Shown here one piece after another: positions 28,002 to 37,729 of a stretch of DNA of 64,000 nt. The notes beneath the pieces are model-generated. The model made no database searches and was not told where the DNA came from. It was given only the letters and a program-made list of their open reading frames with translations. Position 1 is the first letter of the stretch, and every line of letters starts with the position of its first letter. The position numbers and the translations under genes are program-made. Location: the NCBI GenBank assembly GCA_001792345.1, contig MGGJ01000006.1, positions 22,656-86,655 of the forward strand, in the 5' to 3' direction. The stretch comes from Candidatus Woesebacteria bacterium RIFCSPHIGHO2_01_FULL_39_32 (GTDB lineage Bacteria > Patescibacteriota > Microgenomatia > UBA8517).

Positions 28002-28907
28002 TTATTTTAATAACTTATGAAGAGTTTCGGGGATTTTGTCTGCTAAATCATCAGCGTTATAATTTGTACCGACTCTTTCATAAAGTTCATCTGCTGCTTT
28101 TTTGACTAAATAGGAAGCACTCACTGCTGCTAAAAAGGGATCGTTTTTTGCCAAAAGTGCGACAGTCAATCCTGCTAAAGTATCCCCCGTTCCCCCCTTC
28201 GTCATTCCAGGATTACCACCCTTAACTAAAACACACTCTTCTGGGCTACAAACAATTGTTTCAGGTCCTTTTAAAACAATGGTACATTTGTATTTAGAGG
28301 TTAGGTATTGGAGGTTAGAGGTTAGTTTTTCATTTTTAAAATCTAAGCTCTGAACTTTAAGCTCTAACTCCTTTCCAAAAAGTAGTTCAAATTCCTTTCT
28401 GTTGGGGGTAAGAACTGCTTTTTCCGGTATCCACTCAGCATCCATAGTTTGTAAACTTCCTGCGTCAATAACCCACTTTTTATCGGGAAATTTATCCAAT
28501 AAACTTTCAGTAATCTCCCGTGTAACTTTGCCTTCAATATGATTCTCATGGCCTCTTTCTCCTTCGGGAGTTTTCTCGCTCCCAAATCTCATAAAACCGG
28601 GTCCAATAAGGACTGCATCGGACTTTTTAATATAGCTTTCTAAATCTTCCCAAGGAACCCAAATGAAAGACATTAAATTTTCTTTTATACGATTAGCAAG
28701 GTCGCCTACGCTAGGCTCCGTCGAACTGAAAAAAACCATATCGACAATACGCGATGCTACTTTTAATGATAAAAGTGGTGCGCCATGGAAAAGTTTTGAA
28801 CCCCCAATAATTGTTATTTGGCCGTTGTCTTCGCCGGATGAATCGAGGTGAGGTTTGTAAAGTTTTTTTAATTCGGCTGGGTTAAACACTTTCATAATTC
28901 GTATCAA
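28002..28907 (-). CDS. nnrD: ADP-dependent NAD(P)H-hydrate dehydratase (YjeF C-terminal / Nnr2 type)
   Basis: 'GGNPGMTKGGTGDTLAGLTVALLA' and N-terminal 'ITIIGGSKLFHGAPLLSLKVASR'. Confidence 0.75.
   Translation of the reverse strand: MIRIMKVFNPAELKKLYKPHLDSSGEDNGQITIIGGSKLFHGAPLLSLKVASRIVDMVFFSSTEPSVGDLANRIKENLMSFIWVPWEDLESYIKKSDAVLIGPGFMRFGSEKTPEGERGHENHIEGKVTREITESLLDKFPDKKWVIDAGSLQTMDAEWIPEKAVLTPNRKEFELLFGKELELKVQSLDFKNEKLTSNLQYLTSKYKCTIVLKGPETIVCSPEECVLVKGGNPGMTKGGTGDTLAGLTVALLAKNDPFLAAVSASYLVKKAADELYERVGTNYNADDLADKIPETLHKLLK
28276..28305. repeat. GAGGTTAG tandem repeat inside nnrD
   Basis: 'agaggttaggtattggaggttagaggttag', in-frame. Confidence 0.5.
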
Positions 28908-28968
28908 TTCGTTACATTCGCATACATTCGTAGATTAGCATCATAATTTCATTGTATACTATATACTC

Positions 28969-29304
28969 ATGGCGGCAAAAAATAAGGTCGAAAAGGAAAC
29001 TTCCCACGAAAAAGAAGTCAACAAGCAAAAAGGTATAGAAAAGTCGTTAATCAGTGAGGCTAAAGAATTTAAGAAGGAATTCGCAGATAAGTTACTTAAA
29101 CTTGTAACAAGCGGCTTTGGACTCGTGGCAGCTCTTGCTTGGAATGAGTTAATCAAAGAAGTAATCGCACTTTATATTGAACCGATTTTCGGAAAAGACT
29201 CGGGACTTATTTCTCTTCTAATCTACGCAATGGTAGTAACATTTCTCGCAGTAGTAGTCACCTACCAACTCAGCAAAATTGCGGGAAAAGAAAAGGAAGA
29301 TTAG
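28969..29304 (+). CDS. Small membrane protein (DUF5654-like)
   Basis: Charged N-terminus plus two TM segments. Confidence 0.4.
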   Translation: MAAKNKVEKETSHEKEVNKQKGIEKSLISEAKEFKKEFADKLLKLVTSGFGLVAALAWNELIKEVIALYIEPIFGKDSGLISLLIYAMVVTFLAVVVTYQLSKIAGKEKED

Positions 29305-29326
29305 AGATATTAAAAAGTATTAACCC

Positions 29327-29548
29327 TCAGTCATCAGGCGCATCTACATCCGCTGTGTAATTTCCTCTCCCCACAGGACTAGTTGCATCTATACGAAGTT
29401 CCTCAAAGTTCGGGGGAGGTTCAGGAGCAGGACTAGAAACCACAGGCCTTCCCCCACCAGAACCAGATGCTTCCCGTCCAGAACCCCCACTTATCGCTGG
29501 AGGATCTGAAAAGACATCAAATTCAGCTAAAAGGCTTTTTTCCTTCAT
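29327..29548 (-). CDS. Hypothetical Gly/Pro/Ser-rich protein
   Basis: ORF immediately downstream of recF; low complexity. Confidence 0.3.
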   Translation of the reverse strand: MKEKSLLAEFDVFSDPPAISGGSGREASGSGGGRPVVSSPAPEPPPNFEELRIDATSPVGRGNYTADVDAPDD

Positions 29549-29556
29549 GGTAGGAA

Positions 29557-30663
29557 TTATAAACTATTTAATGTTATTTTTTCAATCTTTTCAAATCCTT
29601 CTACATAATGTGGATCTGCGGTTGTAATAATTGTCTGTTGGCCTTTGGAGGCCCCAAAGACAATATCCCTATGCTCATGATCAAGTTCGGAAAAAATATC
29701 GTCCAATAAAAGTGTTGGTTTTTCCCCTGTCACTGATTCAATAAATGAAAGTTCCGCCAATTTTAACCACAAAACTCCCATCCGTTGTTCCCCTCTCGAT
29801 CCATATGGAGCGAGTTCCCTAAATTCTTTTACCCTTTTACTCTCACGCTCTTTTACTCTAAAGACAAAGTCATCTCTATGTGGTCCGACCAAGGTACTTG
29901 CTGCAACTATTTCTTCCTCTGCATATTGTTGAAGTCTAGTTTCGGAAATCGCACTTTTATCATAAATTAGCTCAAATTTATGCCCGTCAAACGGTGGTTG
30001 AGAATTCACAAATTCAATGAATTCTTCCCGCTTTTTGGAAATATAGTCCCCGTTTTTGATAAGAAGTTTGTCCCAGAAAAGAAGTAGACTCCTTGATAAA
30101 TTTTCCTCTCGGATTCCCAAAAGAAGTTTATTTCTTTGTCTTAAACCTTTTTCGTAAGATAAAGAGGCGCGCCTATATTCACGATCAACCTGTGATAAAA
30201 CTATATCTAAAAATTTCCGACGGATGCTTGGAGATTCGGTAACCAAACCTAAATCCTGCGGTCCGAATAAAACCGTTTTAAATGTACCCGCAAAATCAAC
30301 CAGTCTTTTTCCAACTCCATTGATAAGTAAACGTTTGCGAGCTATCTTTTCGACTTTTTCGGGTGATTCTCCAATTGTGATTGTTCCCCGAGTTATAACT
30401 ACCTCAAGATTAGTTCCTACTTTTTCTCCGTCCGTTTCGATAATTGCTCCTTTTACTCGGGCGATTTCTTCGTCGTAGGCAACCATTTCTTCCTCAATCC
30501 GTGCGTGGAAAGACTTTCCGGTTGATAATAAAAATATACTTTCCATAACATTTGTTTTTCCACTCGCGTTCGGCCCAACAATCACTGTTATATCTTTTGA
30601 GAAAGAAAGTGCCGTATCTTTGAAACTCCTGTAATTTGTAAGCCGGATCCTTGTAATATACAT
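29557..30663 (-). CDS. recF: DNA replication and repair protein RecF
   Basis: Walker A 'GPNASGKTN'; N-terminal 'ITRIRLTNYRSF'; Walker B/D-loop 'LLLDDIFSELD'. Confidence 0.85.
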   Translation of the reverse strand: MYITRIRLTNYRSFKDTALSFSKDITVIVGPNASGKTNVMESIFLLSTGKSFHARIEEEMVAYDEEIARVKGAIIETDGEKVGTNLEVVITRGTITIGESPEKVEKIARKRLLINGVGKRLVDFAGTFKTVLFGPQDLGLVTESPSIRRKFLDIVLSQVDREYRRASLSYEKGLRQRNKLLLGIREENLSRSLLLFWDKLLIKNGDYISKKREEFIEFVNSQPPFDGHKFELIYDKSAISETRLQQYAEEEIVAASTLVGPHRDDFVFRVKERESKRVKEFRELAPYGSRGEQRMGVLWLKLAELSFIESVTGEKPTLLLDDIFSELDHEHRDIVFGASKGQQTIITTADPHYVEGFEKIEKITLNSL

Positions 30664-30731
30664 TTAATGATTTTCTTCCGAATTATACCTTATTAAACGA
30701 AACCCGGTTTAATCAGTGCTACAATTGGGCA

Positions 30732-32093
30732 ATGAAAATTCTTATAACCTCTCTATATAGACCCGGAAATGAAACGGGTACAGCTCGTATATCCGAAGAA
30801 CTATCTGAAACCCTTTCTAAAAAGCATGATGTGACATATCTATGTCTGGGTGAAAAATACCAGATTAAAAAAAGAAACAGAAATCTTTTTTATTTCACTA
30901 TTCCTTCGTTACCCATTAAACAAGCCTACGTTCCAAAACTTACTCCTGATGTTGTAAGGCAGATGTTTAAAGATCTAGACAAAATTTCACCAGACGTCAT
31001 CCACGCACAAAATATTGCTTTTACTACATTAATATGTCTTATCTGGGCAATAAGAAATAATTCCGCCTTCGTAGTTACTTTTCATTCTCTCCCGTCGGAA
31101 GGGATAAATTATGTATTTCCCAAGCTTTCAAATAAAAAGATTCTAAGCCAAATTAACTATTCTTTAAGTAAAAGTTACAATAAAAAACTTCTTGAAAATG
31201 TGAATTTGATTATTGCTTTAAATAAATATGTCCAAAGATCAATCCACGCTATTACCCGCAAAACCAAAACAATAGTCATCAATAACGGCTTGGATTTAAA
31301 ACCCTTCAGAGAACTTGAAATTAAAACTTCAGAAAAAGACAAGGTTTTTACCTTTGTAGGTTCTTTTGTGGGAAGAAAAAACCAAGAATTTCTTGTTAAA
31401 GCCTTCGCACATCTTCCTAAGTCATATCATCTTAAACTTTACGGAAACATCAAATCAGGAGACGACTATGTTAAAAAAATTAAAAAAATAATAGTTAACA
31501 AAAGAATTAATAATGTAGAAATTCACGATTTTATCGATAGAAAAAAACTTCTTCAGGTTTTGGCGAAAAGCGATTATTTTGTATCTGCATCTATGAAAGA
31601 AGTTCAAAGCCTGGTAATAATCGAATCGCTGGCTTCGGCAACACCTATAATCGGACTTAAAAATGAAACAATCAATGAGTTAATTGACGGAAAAAACGGA
31701 ATTTCATTTCCGAAAAATATTACACCCCGCGCATTTGCCAAAAATATTTTTAAATACGTTAAGACAAATGAAAAGGATTATTACGAAACCTCTCGATATG
31801 CAAGAGAAGGTATACAAAAATTTGACATCGGATACGTATCGGAAAAAATTCTGAACGCCTACGAGATTGCAAAAAAAATTAAGTCGAAAAAAAATAGCAA
31901 GGTAGTTGAGGAGTTAATAAGTATCTTGCCAAAATCACTTCAAGAGTTACTCAGAGGGTATTACGACAGACTTAAAAGAAGAAAAACAACAAGAATTTGG
32001 GTATTCGTCGGGATCTCAATGCTTTTAACAATTCTCACTTACCCAATACTAAATTTTGTAAACTATTTAAAGAATAAGCGTGTATTTGGCTAA
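30732..32093 (+). CDS. Glycosyltransferase family 4-like with C-terminal TM segment
   Basis: GT-B C-terminal 'EVQSLVIIESLASATPIIGLKNETINELI' (E-x7-E-like) motif. Confidence 0.6.
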   Translation: MKILITSLYRPGNETGTARISEELSETLSKKHDVTYLCLGEKYQIKKRNRNLFYFTIPSLPIKQAYVPKLTPDVVRQMFKDLDKISPDVIHAQNIAFTTLICLIWAIRNNSAFVVTFHSLPSEGINYVFPKLSNKKILSQINYSLSKSYNKKLLENVNLIIALNKYVQRSIHAITRKTKTIVINNGLDLKPFRELEIKTSEKDKVFTFVGSFVGRKNQEFLVKAFAHLPKSYHLKLYGNIKSGDDYVKKIKKIIVNKRINNVEIHDFIDRKKLLQVLAKSDYFVSASMKEVQSLVIIESLASATPIIGLKNETINELIDGKNGISFPKNITPRAFAKNIFKYVKTNEKDYYETSRYAREGIQKFDIGYVSEKILNAYEIAKKIKSKKNSKVVEELISILPKSLQELLRGYYDRLKRRKTTRIWVFVGISMLLTILTYPILNFVNYLKNKRVFG

Positions 32094-32100
32094 AGTGTTG

Positions 32101-32949
32101 TTATTCCTGGCAAAAGGGACAAACGTAAGTTCCGCGGCCGGAGAGAAAATACTTGGTAAATTTGGCTTTGTGACAACGACTACAGGGTTCTCCCTGATGT
32201 CCATAAGCCAAAGTGTGTTTTTGATATTCTCCTTCTTTGCCATCTGGGGTTACAAAAGCTAATTCACTTGCTCCACCATACTTCATCCCCGCTTTCAATA
32301 CCTCATGTATTGCCTCATATAACTCTGTAACTTCGTCGCTTTGTAACTCATTAGCGGGCCTTTTTGGATCAATCTTTGCTAACCAAAGGGCATCGTTGGC
32401 ATAGATATTTCCTACCCCTCCAATTTTTGTTTGGTCCATTAAAACAACTTTTATTGCACGCTTTGTTTTTGAAAGCACTCTCTTGAAATGCTCAAGTGTC
32501 AAATCGCGAAATGGCTCAGGCCCTAGTTTTCCTATGAAACCTGTTACTTGTAACTTGTCGCTCTTAACTATTTTTATCCAGCCAAAACGTCGAACGTCGT
32601 TATAGTAAAGAAATCCTCCCTTGTCCAATTCAAAAACCACATGAGTGTGCTTCCCTGGTATACCACCCACGACCTTATTCGACAACCTTGGGGGTTGTTT
32701 TAGATTTGCACCTCGGTAAATAAGTTGTCCTGTTAATTTAATATGAATTACGATTGAAAAACCATTCGAAAGATCAATTGATAAAACTTTTGCAAATCTT
32801 CTCACTCCCTTAACCTTTGCATCAACTAAATCCTTAGGGTTTCCACTAAAAATCTTTGGGGCGTTAATTTGAACATTTTCAATTTTATGTCCTTTCAAAT
32901 ATTTCTCGAGCTGCAACTTAACTGTCTCAACCTCTGGAAGTTCCGGCAC
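32101..32949 (-). CDS. mutM: Formamidopyrimidine-DNA glycosylase (Fpg/MutM/Nei family)
   Basis: N-terminal 'MPELPEVETV'; C-terminal zinc finger 'CSRCHKAKF...GRGTYVCPFCQ'. Confidence 0.8.
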   Translation of the reverse strand: MPELPEVETVKLQLEKYLKGHKIENVQINAPKIFSGNPKDLVDAKVKGVRRFAKVLSIDLSNGFSIVIHIKLTGQLIYRGANLKQPPRLSNKVVGGIPGKHTHVVFELDKGGFLYYNDVRRFGWIKIVKSDKLQVTGFIGKLGPEPFRDLTLEHFKRVLSKTKRAIKVVLMDQTKIGGVGNIYANDALWLAKIDPKRPANELQSDEVTELYEAIHEVLKAGMKYGGASELAFVTPDGKEGEYQKHTLAYGHQGEPCSRCHKAKFTKYFLSGRGTYVCPFCQE

Positions 32950-32978
32950 AAACTATATTTTAGCTAGAAACTTTCTAC

Positions 32979-33017
32979 TTGACGATGGTGACAAATTTGT
33001 ATACAATTTTGTCACCA
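32979..33017 (+). promoter_or_regulatory. Promoter-like TTGACG-N17-TACAAT overlapped by a 32-bp near-perfect palindrome (TGGTGACAAATTTGTATACAATTTTGTCACCA)
   Basis: Palindrome arms 32986-32995 and 33008-33017 abut the ATG of the antitoxin gene, the usual layout of an autoregulatory operator. Confidence 0.5.
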
Positions 33018-33289
33018 TGATAACCAGCCAAAACCTTAAAACCATAACTGATATGCGCAAAAATGCTGATGAGCTCTTAACTCTTGCCGCACGCAAAAAG
33101 GAGCCCATAGGAATTCTTAAAAACAATAAACTAAAGGCATATCTAATTGATGCTGAAACCCTCGAAGCACTTGAACGTTTTGTAGAAGATTATTTAGATA
33201 GTAAAATGGTCGAGGAAAGATTAATAAAAGCAAAAAAAAGCGACTTCATTAAATCAGATGAGTTTCTGAAAAACCTAGATGTAAAGTGA
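33017..33289 (+). CDS. Phd/YefM-family antitoxin
   Basis: 'ITSQNLKTITDMRKNADELLTLAARKKEPIGILKNNKLKAYLIDAETLEALE' matches the Phd/YefM pattern; overlaps the toxin gene by 4 nt. Confidence 0.7.
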   Translation: MITSQNLKTITDMRKNADELLTLAARKKEPIGILKNNKLKAYLIDAETLEALERFVEDYLDSKMVEERLIKAKKSDFIKSDEFLKNLDVK

Positions 33290-33570
33290 ATTACGAAATT
33301 GTTTACCATAAAAATTTCTTCAAAGATATTAGGAAATTAAGTACAATTAAACAGGGAAAGATAAAAGAAATTTTAAGAGAAATACTCAATATACCGACAG
33401 TTCTTCCTCCAAATTCTCAGGCCCTAAAAGGTTATGATCGAACATTCAGAACAAGAGTCGGAAAATTAAGACTAATCTATCATATAAATCACGATAAGAA
33501 AGAAGTTTATGTGTTAGGTCTTGATACCCGAGGCGAAGTTTACAAAATCATCCGAAGGTTGTTGGACTAA
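33286..33570 (+). CDS. RelE/ParE-superfamily toxin
   Basis: C-terminal 'RTRVGKLRLIYHINHDKKEVYVLGLDTRGEVY' is characteristic of RelE/YoeB. Confidence 0.7.
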   Translation: MNYEIVYHKNFFKDIRKLSTIKQGKIKEILREILNIPTVLPPNSQALKGYDRTFRTRVGKLRLIYHINHDKKEVYVLGLDTRGEVYKIIRRLLD

Positions 33571-33578
33571 TTTTTGTC

Positions 33579-34367
33579 TTACATCGAAAAGGTGTAGGAT
33601 TTGGCAGAAGTTAGCTTCAACTTATAAGTAACGCTTTGGTTGTAGGCAGATCTTACTAATTTTTCAATTTCTTTGTAGGTAAAAATACGATTCTTTTGTA
33701 ATTTTTCATTAAATTTATTCAAAAGCGCAGACATCATTAAAGTACCCGTAACATAATCCCCCGCTCCTTTCTCCTCAGCATTCTTGGAAAACCCCCCCTT
33801 AAGGTGAGATTTGTAAACTTGCACGAGGTTTAAACTCATCCAGTTGTGGTCTGTATGTGATACAACAATCCAACTCCCGTCGTTATTTTCAAAAAGACGA
33901 ATGTGCAGTCTGTCTTTACCCGGAGATAATTTCAGTAAAAGTAACTTCTCAGCTGACGGTAAAATTCTAGCAACTATTCTCGCAAGCTTAATCCAACTCG
34001 GAATCGCCGTACCTCCGATATTCATTGCAGCCAAGATGTCCGCATGATACTTTTCCGAAATAATTACGTCAACATTGAATCCCATGTCATTTAATATCTC
34101 TTTTACTTGATTTGTAGTCAACCTTCCTAAAGACTTTTTTTTATTATCCAATACTATTACCCGTTCAACTGGTTCTTTCCCAGATATCTCGTGAGCAAGC
34201 ACTCTCTTTTCTGTAGGAAGTACAGTTTTCTTTGTTCTGAAATGGTCTACATCTACAAGCTTAATATCTAAGTCACAACCCCAATAGCTTTTATTCTTAG
34301 GTTTTACTAAATCGTGTCTCGACCTTATAATTGTATTAGCTATCCCCATGATTATATAAGTATGCAA
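33579..34367 (-). CDS. Hypothetical protein
   Basis: ORF only; converges on the toxin-antitoxin module. Confidence 0.35.
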   Translation of the reverse strand: MHTYIIMGIANTIIRSRHDLVKPKNKSYWGCDLDIKLVDVDHFRTKKTVLPTEKRVLAHEISGKEPVERVIVLDNKKKSLGRLTTNQVKEILNDMGFNVDVIISEKYHADILAAMNIGGTAIPSWIKLARIVARILPSAEKLLLLKLSPGKDRLHIRLFENNDGSWIVVSHTDHNWMSLNLVQVYKSHLKGGFSKNAEEKGAGDYVTGTLMMSALLNKFNEKLQKNRIFTYKEIEKLVRSAYNQSVTYKLKLTSAKSYTFSM

Positions 34368-34370
34368 TAA

Positions 34371-34913
34371 CTATTCTGTCCACCCCCTCTTAAGTCCAAG
34401 AATGGTTTCTCTAATTGATAATTTTCTAACATGTAGAAAATATTCTTGGGAAAATTTAAATAATATAATAATCGTTAAAGATAAGTAGAAATTATTGTCA
34501 CGTATTAATAATTTTAATGATGAAAAGGTATAAGAGAAAAATAATAAGAAAAATAGATATTCAAATATATTGGGAAAATATATTAGAACGCTTCGCTTTA
34601 CACCGATTACAATTAAAATGTGACCGATAAATCTGTATACAAAAAGTCCAATAAATAAAAGAGAGTAAGCTGGATAGTTGACAACAACATAGGTTAATAT
34701 CCAAAAATACCACCATAAATCCATCATTTTATCCATTCTCTGATACCATTCCTTACTAAGAACATGGTTAGATGCAAACTCGGCATCCACGATATCAAAT
34801 AAAACAATAGCAATTACCAGATAGGGAGAGTGGTATTGAAAGAATAACATTGGAAAATAAATACGCATAAAAACGATTATTAAGTAAAGTAAGTGGCGTG
34901 TGAACTTCGTCAT
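34371..34913 (-). CDS. Hypothetical polytopic membrane protein
   Basis: Multiple TM segments; weak 'DIVDAEFA' resemblance to the CDP-alcohol phosphatidyltransferase motif. Confidence 0.35.
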   Translation of the reverse strand: MTKFTRHLLYLIIVFMRIYFPMLFFQYHSPYLVIAIVLFDIVDAEFASNHVLSKEWYQRMDKMMDLWWYFWILTYVVVNYPAYSLLFIGLFVYRFIGHILIVIGVKRSVLIYFPNIFEYLFFLLFFSYTFSSLKLLIRDNNFYLSLTIIILFKFSQEYFLHVRKLSIRETILGLKRGWTE

Positions 34914-35171
34914 CTTACTTTTAGTATAAATCAGTCATCTGATTAGTGAAAGTTACGTCATATTAAACAGGGAAAGTTTCTCAATCGTCATCTCTGTAAG
35001 ATATTTCGAAGGTGTAGTTATATAGTTTCAACCCAGGGTAACTCAGGCATAATAATTATTTGTTAACTATCAACAGACGAAATTGTTCTGCAATCAAATC
35101 CTGCTCTTCCTTCAACATTCTTAAATCATCCAGTATAGACATATCAGATTGGTTTTTTACTAATCCATGAA

Positions 35172-36533
35172 TTAATCTTCTAAGATCATTATTTCTTCTA
35201 TACAATACAATTCCTCGATATTAGGATTATTATATTCTGACGTAGAAAATGTCTTTTTAGCAATGTCTTCACTCTTCCCCCAAATATTCTCATATAAATC
35301 CGCCTCGTCCAAAAAGCCGCAATCTTTTACCATCTTCCCCCATTTTTCCATCGGAACCTGTGCCAAAACCCATCTAAAAAGCTCTTTTCTTTTATCCCAA
35401 GATCGGTCCTGATAAAAATCGTACAACTCCACGACAGATTCTGTTTGGGTAGCGAGTTGAACTTGATAATCCTGCCACAACAATTGGTTTAGCGGACTAT
35501 CTTTAGGAATTCCTAATCTTTCAAAGTAATTATATAATCCGCCTTGATTAGTAAGGTTCTTTAAATGCCACACCACATTACCTCTCTCAGGCTTCATTTC
35601 GGCTAATATTTCATCTTTTGCTTTAGACGTTGCCCAAAGCATAACTCTATGCCAATCTTTACCTTCTTTAATCTTAGCTAAAATATCCGCCTTTCTAACT
35701 TCGTCTTCTATCGATCCTGCCTCTTCAAATGCTCTTTCAATATTTTCTAATGACCTGGTGGGCTTTCGATCAGTAAACCAACCCCATACTTCTCTGTCTC
35801 TATCCATAGTTTCTTCTTTCCTTCCCTCTACTTTTCTTCGATACCACAAAGAACTCATAAACACACTCATTTCAGCATGCCCTTCTTCATGACCAATACT
35901 CCTTTCTTTGCCTAAACCTCTAACAACAATAAGAGGAAAGTAATGCAAAACATCTGAAGAAAGGTGATAGCTTCTTGATTCTTCGAAAAACCCGCCTCGA
36001 TTTTTCCTGATATCTATTAGCTTGAAATCGTCTTCCGTTTCCACCTCTAATGAGATAGCTAGGGGGTAACGATTAGGAGTAAATCTCACTTGCCCTTTAA
36101 GAGATGGTTCGGAACCAGTTGTAGAACCATTTGAAGTCCCTGCTGCTACTAAATCTTTATAAAATTCGGAAGCTATAGTTTTGCTATCATTAGGGAATTC
36201 TTCTTTAATTAGTTTAATTGTTTTAGCTACTCCCTCTTTGGTGGTTACAAGGTTTTCAATGAATCTCTCCACATCACCAGGATGGGAAACTACAAAATTT
36301 TCTTGTATATATTGAGCTAACTCTTTCTTATCCATTGACGGATCTTCACCTAGAGCTTGCACTGTTCCCCAAAGAAGTTTGGCGTTATCCAAGAGATAAT
36401 TCATGCGCAATTCTTGAGCTGCTTCATGCTTCATACGTCTCTCCTCCGGACTTTCTTGCGGCATTCTTCTTACATTCCCCAGGTTTTCAAGATATTCAGG
36501 GGATCTTTGAAGTAGATCTGTATCTTCCGACAT
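35172..36533 (-). CDS. Hypothetical protein with HExxH motif (putative zinc metallopeptidase-like)
   Basis: 'SIGHEEGHAEMS'; no signal peptide. Confidence 0.35.
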   Translation of the reverse strand: MSEDTDLLQRSPEYLENLGNVRRMPQESPEERRMKHEAAQELRMNYLLDNAKLLWGTVQALGEDPSMDKKELAQYIQENFVVSHPGDVERFIENLVTTKEGVAKTIKLIKEEFPNDSKTIASEFYKDLVAAGTSNGSTTGSEPSLKGQVRFTPNRYPLAISLEVETEDDFKLIDIRKNRGGFFEESRSYHLSSDVLHYFPLIVVRGLGKERSIGHEEGHAEMSVFMSSLWYRRKVEGRKEETMDRDREVWGWFTDRKPTRSLENIERAFEEAGSIEDEVRKADILAKIKEGKDWHRVMLWATSKAKDEILAEMKPERGNVVWHLKNLTNQGGLYNYFERLGIPKDSPLNQLLWQDYQVQLATQTESVVELYDFYQDRSWDKRKELFRWVLAQVPMEKWGKMVKDCGFLDEADLYENIWGKSEDIAKKTFSTSEYNNPNIEELYCIEEIMILED

Positions 36534-37729
36534 TATTTAATTTTACTACTAATTACTTCTTTTAATTCCATTTCAAACCTTTCCTTAGAAAATCTTTTTG
36601 CGTTTTCCTGAAGCTTTTTCCTGTCCCATTTTATTTTATTAAACCTCTCAATAGCATTCTCTAAAGTCGTTTCATCCGTATCGTTAATTAAAACTCCTGT
36701 AATACCATCAACAACTGATTCTTTAAATCCTCCGCCATTGAATGCAATCACAGGAGTTCCCGCGGCCATTGCCTCCACAACAGTCATTCCAAAATCTTCA
36801 TCGCGAGCTAATGCAATAAATCCCTTAGCGTTTGCATAAAGAGTGTAAAGTTCTTCCACTGAAACGCGGCCAATTAATTCGACATTTTCTCCTGATAACC
36901 TTTTTAATCTCTTTTCAACGTCCGAAAATCCATGAGCCTCTCCCACAATCTTTAATTTATATTTTGAATTTTTGAAAGCCTTAGCTGCTTCCTCCAATCC
37001 CTTCGCACCAACCAACCTCGAAACCATTAAAAAATAATCTTCCTTTGTCCATCGAAGCCGTGGCGAAGGTGGATTGCCGGTTGATTTGATAATATTTTTA
37101 ACATCCACCGGCGGATAAATAACTGTTGAATCTCTTCTATAAAATTTCTTAATCCTGTCGGCAACATTCTTTGAATTAGCAATAAAATAATTCACCCCTC
37201 CTCGAATTTTCCTGTTCTTTGTTCTTTGTTCTTTGTTCTTTGTAGGCACTTGTGCCGTTTTAAAGTCATACATTCTCATAAAATGGCCAACGATTACGGA
37301 GTAAACTTTTACCGGCCAGTACTTTGTAAAGCCCACCGAAGTTTCATATCCATAAAGCCAGCGAGGTGGTGTATGGCAGTATGCCATAACCTTTGTTTTT
37401 GGACCAACTTCAAATCCTCGGGTTATATACCAACTACAGGAAGTTATAACTAAATCATATTCTGAGAGGTCAAAACTTCTCCAAACAAGTGGTGTCAAAA
37501 ATCTTAGTGGGCTATAAAGATTATCTATTTTAAGAAGGGGCGCTAACCAACTTTCGTAAATTTCCTTATCTTTAAATTCCTTTTCAGCAGTACTTCCTTT
37601 AACCGAAAACGCGGTGTATATTGGCGCGTTTGGGTATATTTCAGCTAATGTTTTCAATACCCTCTCCGCCCCACCATATTCCTTTAAATAATCATGTACC
37701 AAAGCAATTTTCATTCTCCTAAAAACCAT
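36533..37729 (-). CDS. Glycosyltransferase family 4
   Basis: C-terminal 'GFIALARDEDFGMTVVEAMAAGTPVIAFNGGGFKESVVDG' GT4 motif; low-complexity insertion 'TKNKEQRTKNRK'. Confidence 0.7.
   Translation of the reverse strand: MVFRRMKIALVHDYLKEYGGAERVLKTLAEIYPNAPIYTAFSVKGSTAEKEFKDKEIYESWLAPLLKIDNLYSPLRFLTPLVWRSFDLSEYDLVITSCSWYITRGFEVGPKTKVMAYCHTPPRWLYGYETSVGFTKYWPVKVYSVIVGHFMRMYDFKTAQVPTKNKEQRTKNRKIRGGVNYFIANSKNVADRIKKFYRRDSTVIYPPVDVKNIIKSTGNPPSPRLRWTKEDYFLMVSRLVGAKGLEEAAKAFKNSKYKLKIVGEAHGFSDVEKRLKRLSGENVELIGRVSVEELYTLYANAKGFIALARDEDFGMTVVEAMAAGTPVIAFNGGGFKESVVDGITGVLINDTDETTLENAIERFNKIKWDRKKLQENAKRFSKERFEMELKEVISSKIK
37213..37242. repeat. (TGTTCTT)4 heptamer tandem repeat inside the GT4 gene
   Basis: 'tgttctttgttctttgttctttgttctttg'; the same repeat family as 13222-13252. 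Confidence 0.6.

Noticed and set aside
35047-35133. 28-aa minus-strand ORF (MSILDDLRMLKEEQDLIAEQFRLLIVNK) in the 250-bp gap downstream of the HExxH gene
   Set aside because: Too short to support without conservation or an RBS. Mentioned only because the gap is otherwise empty.
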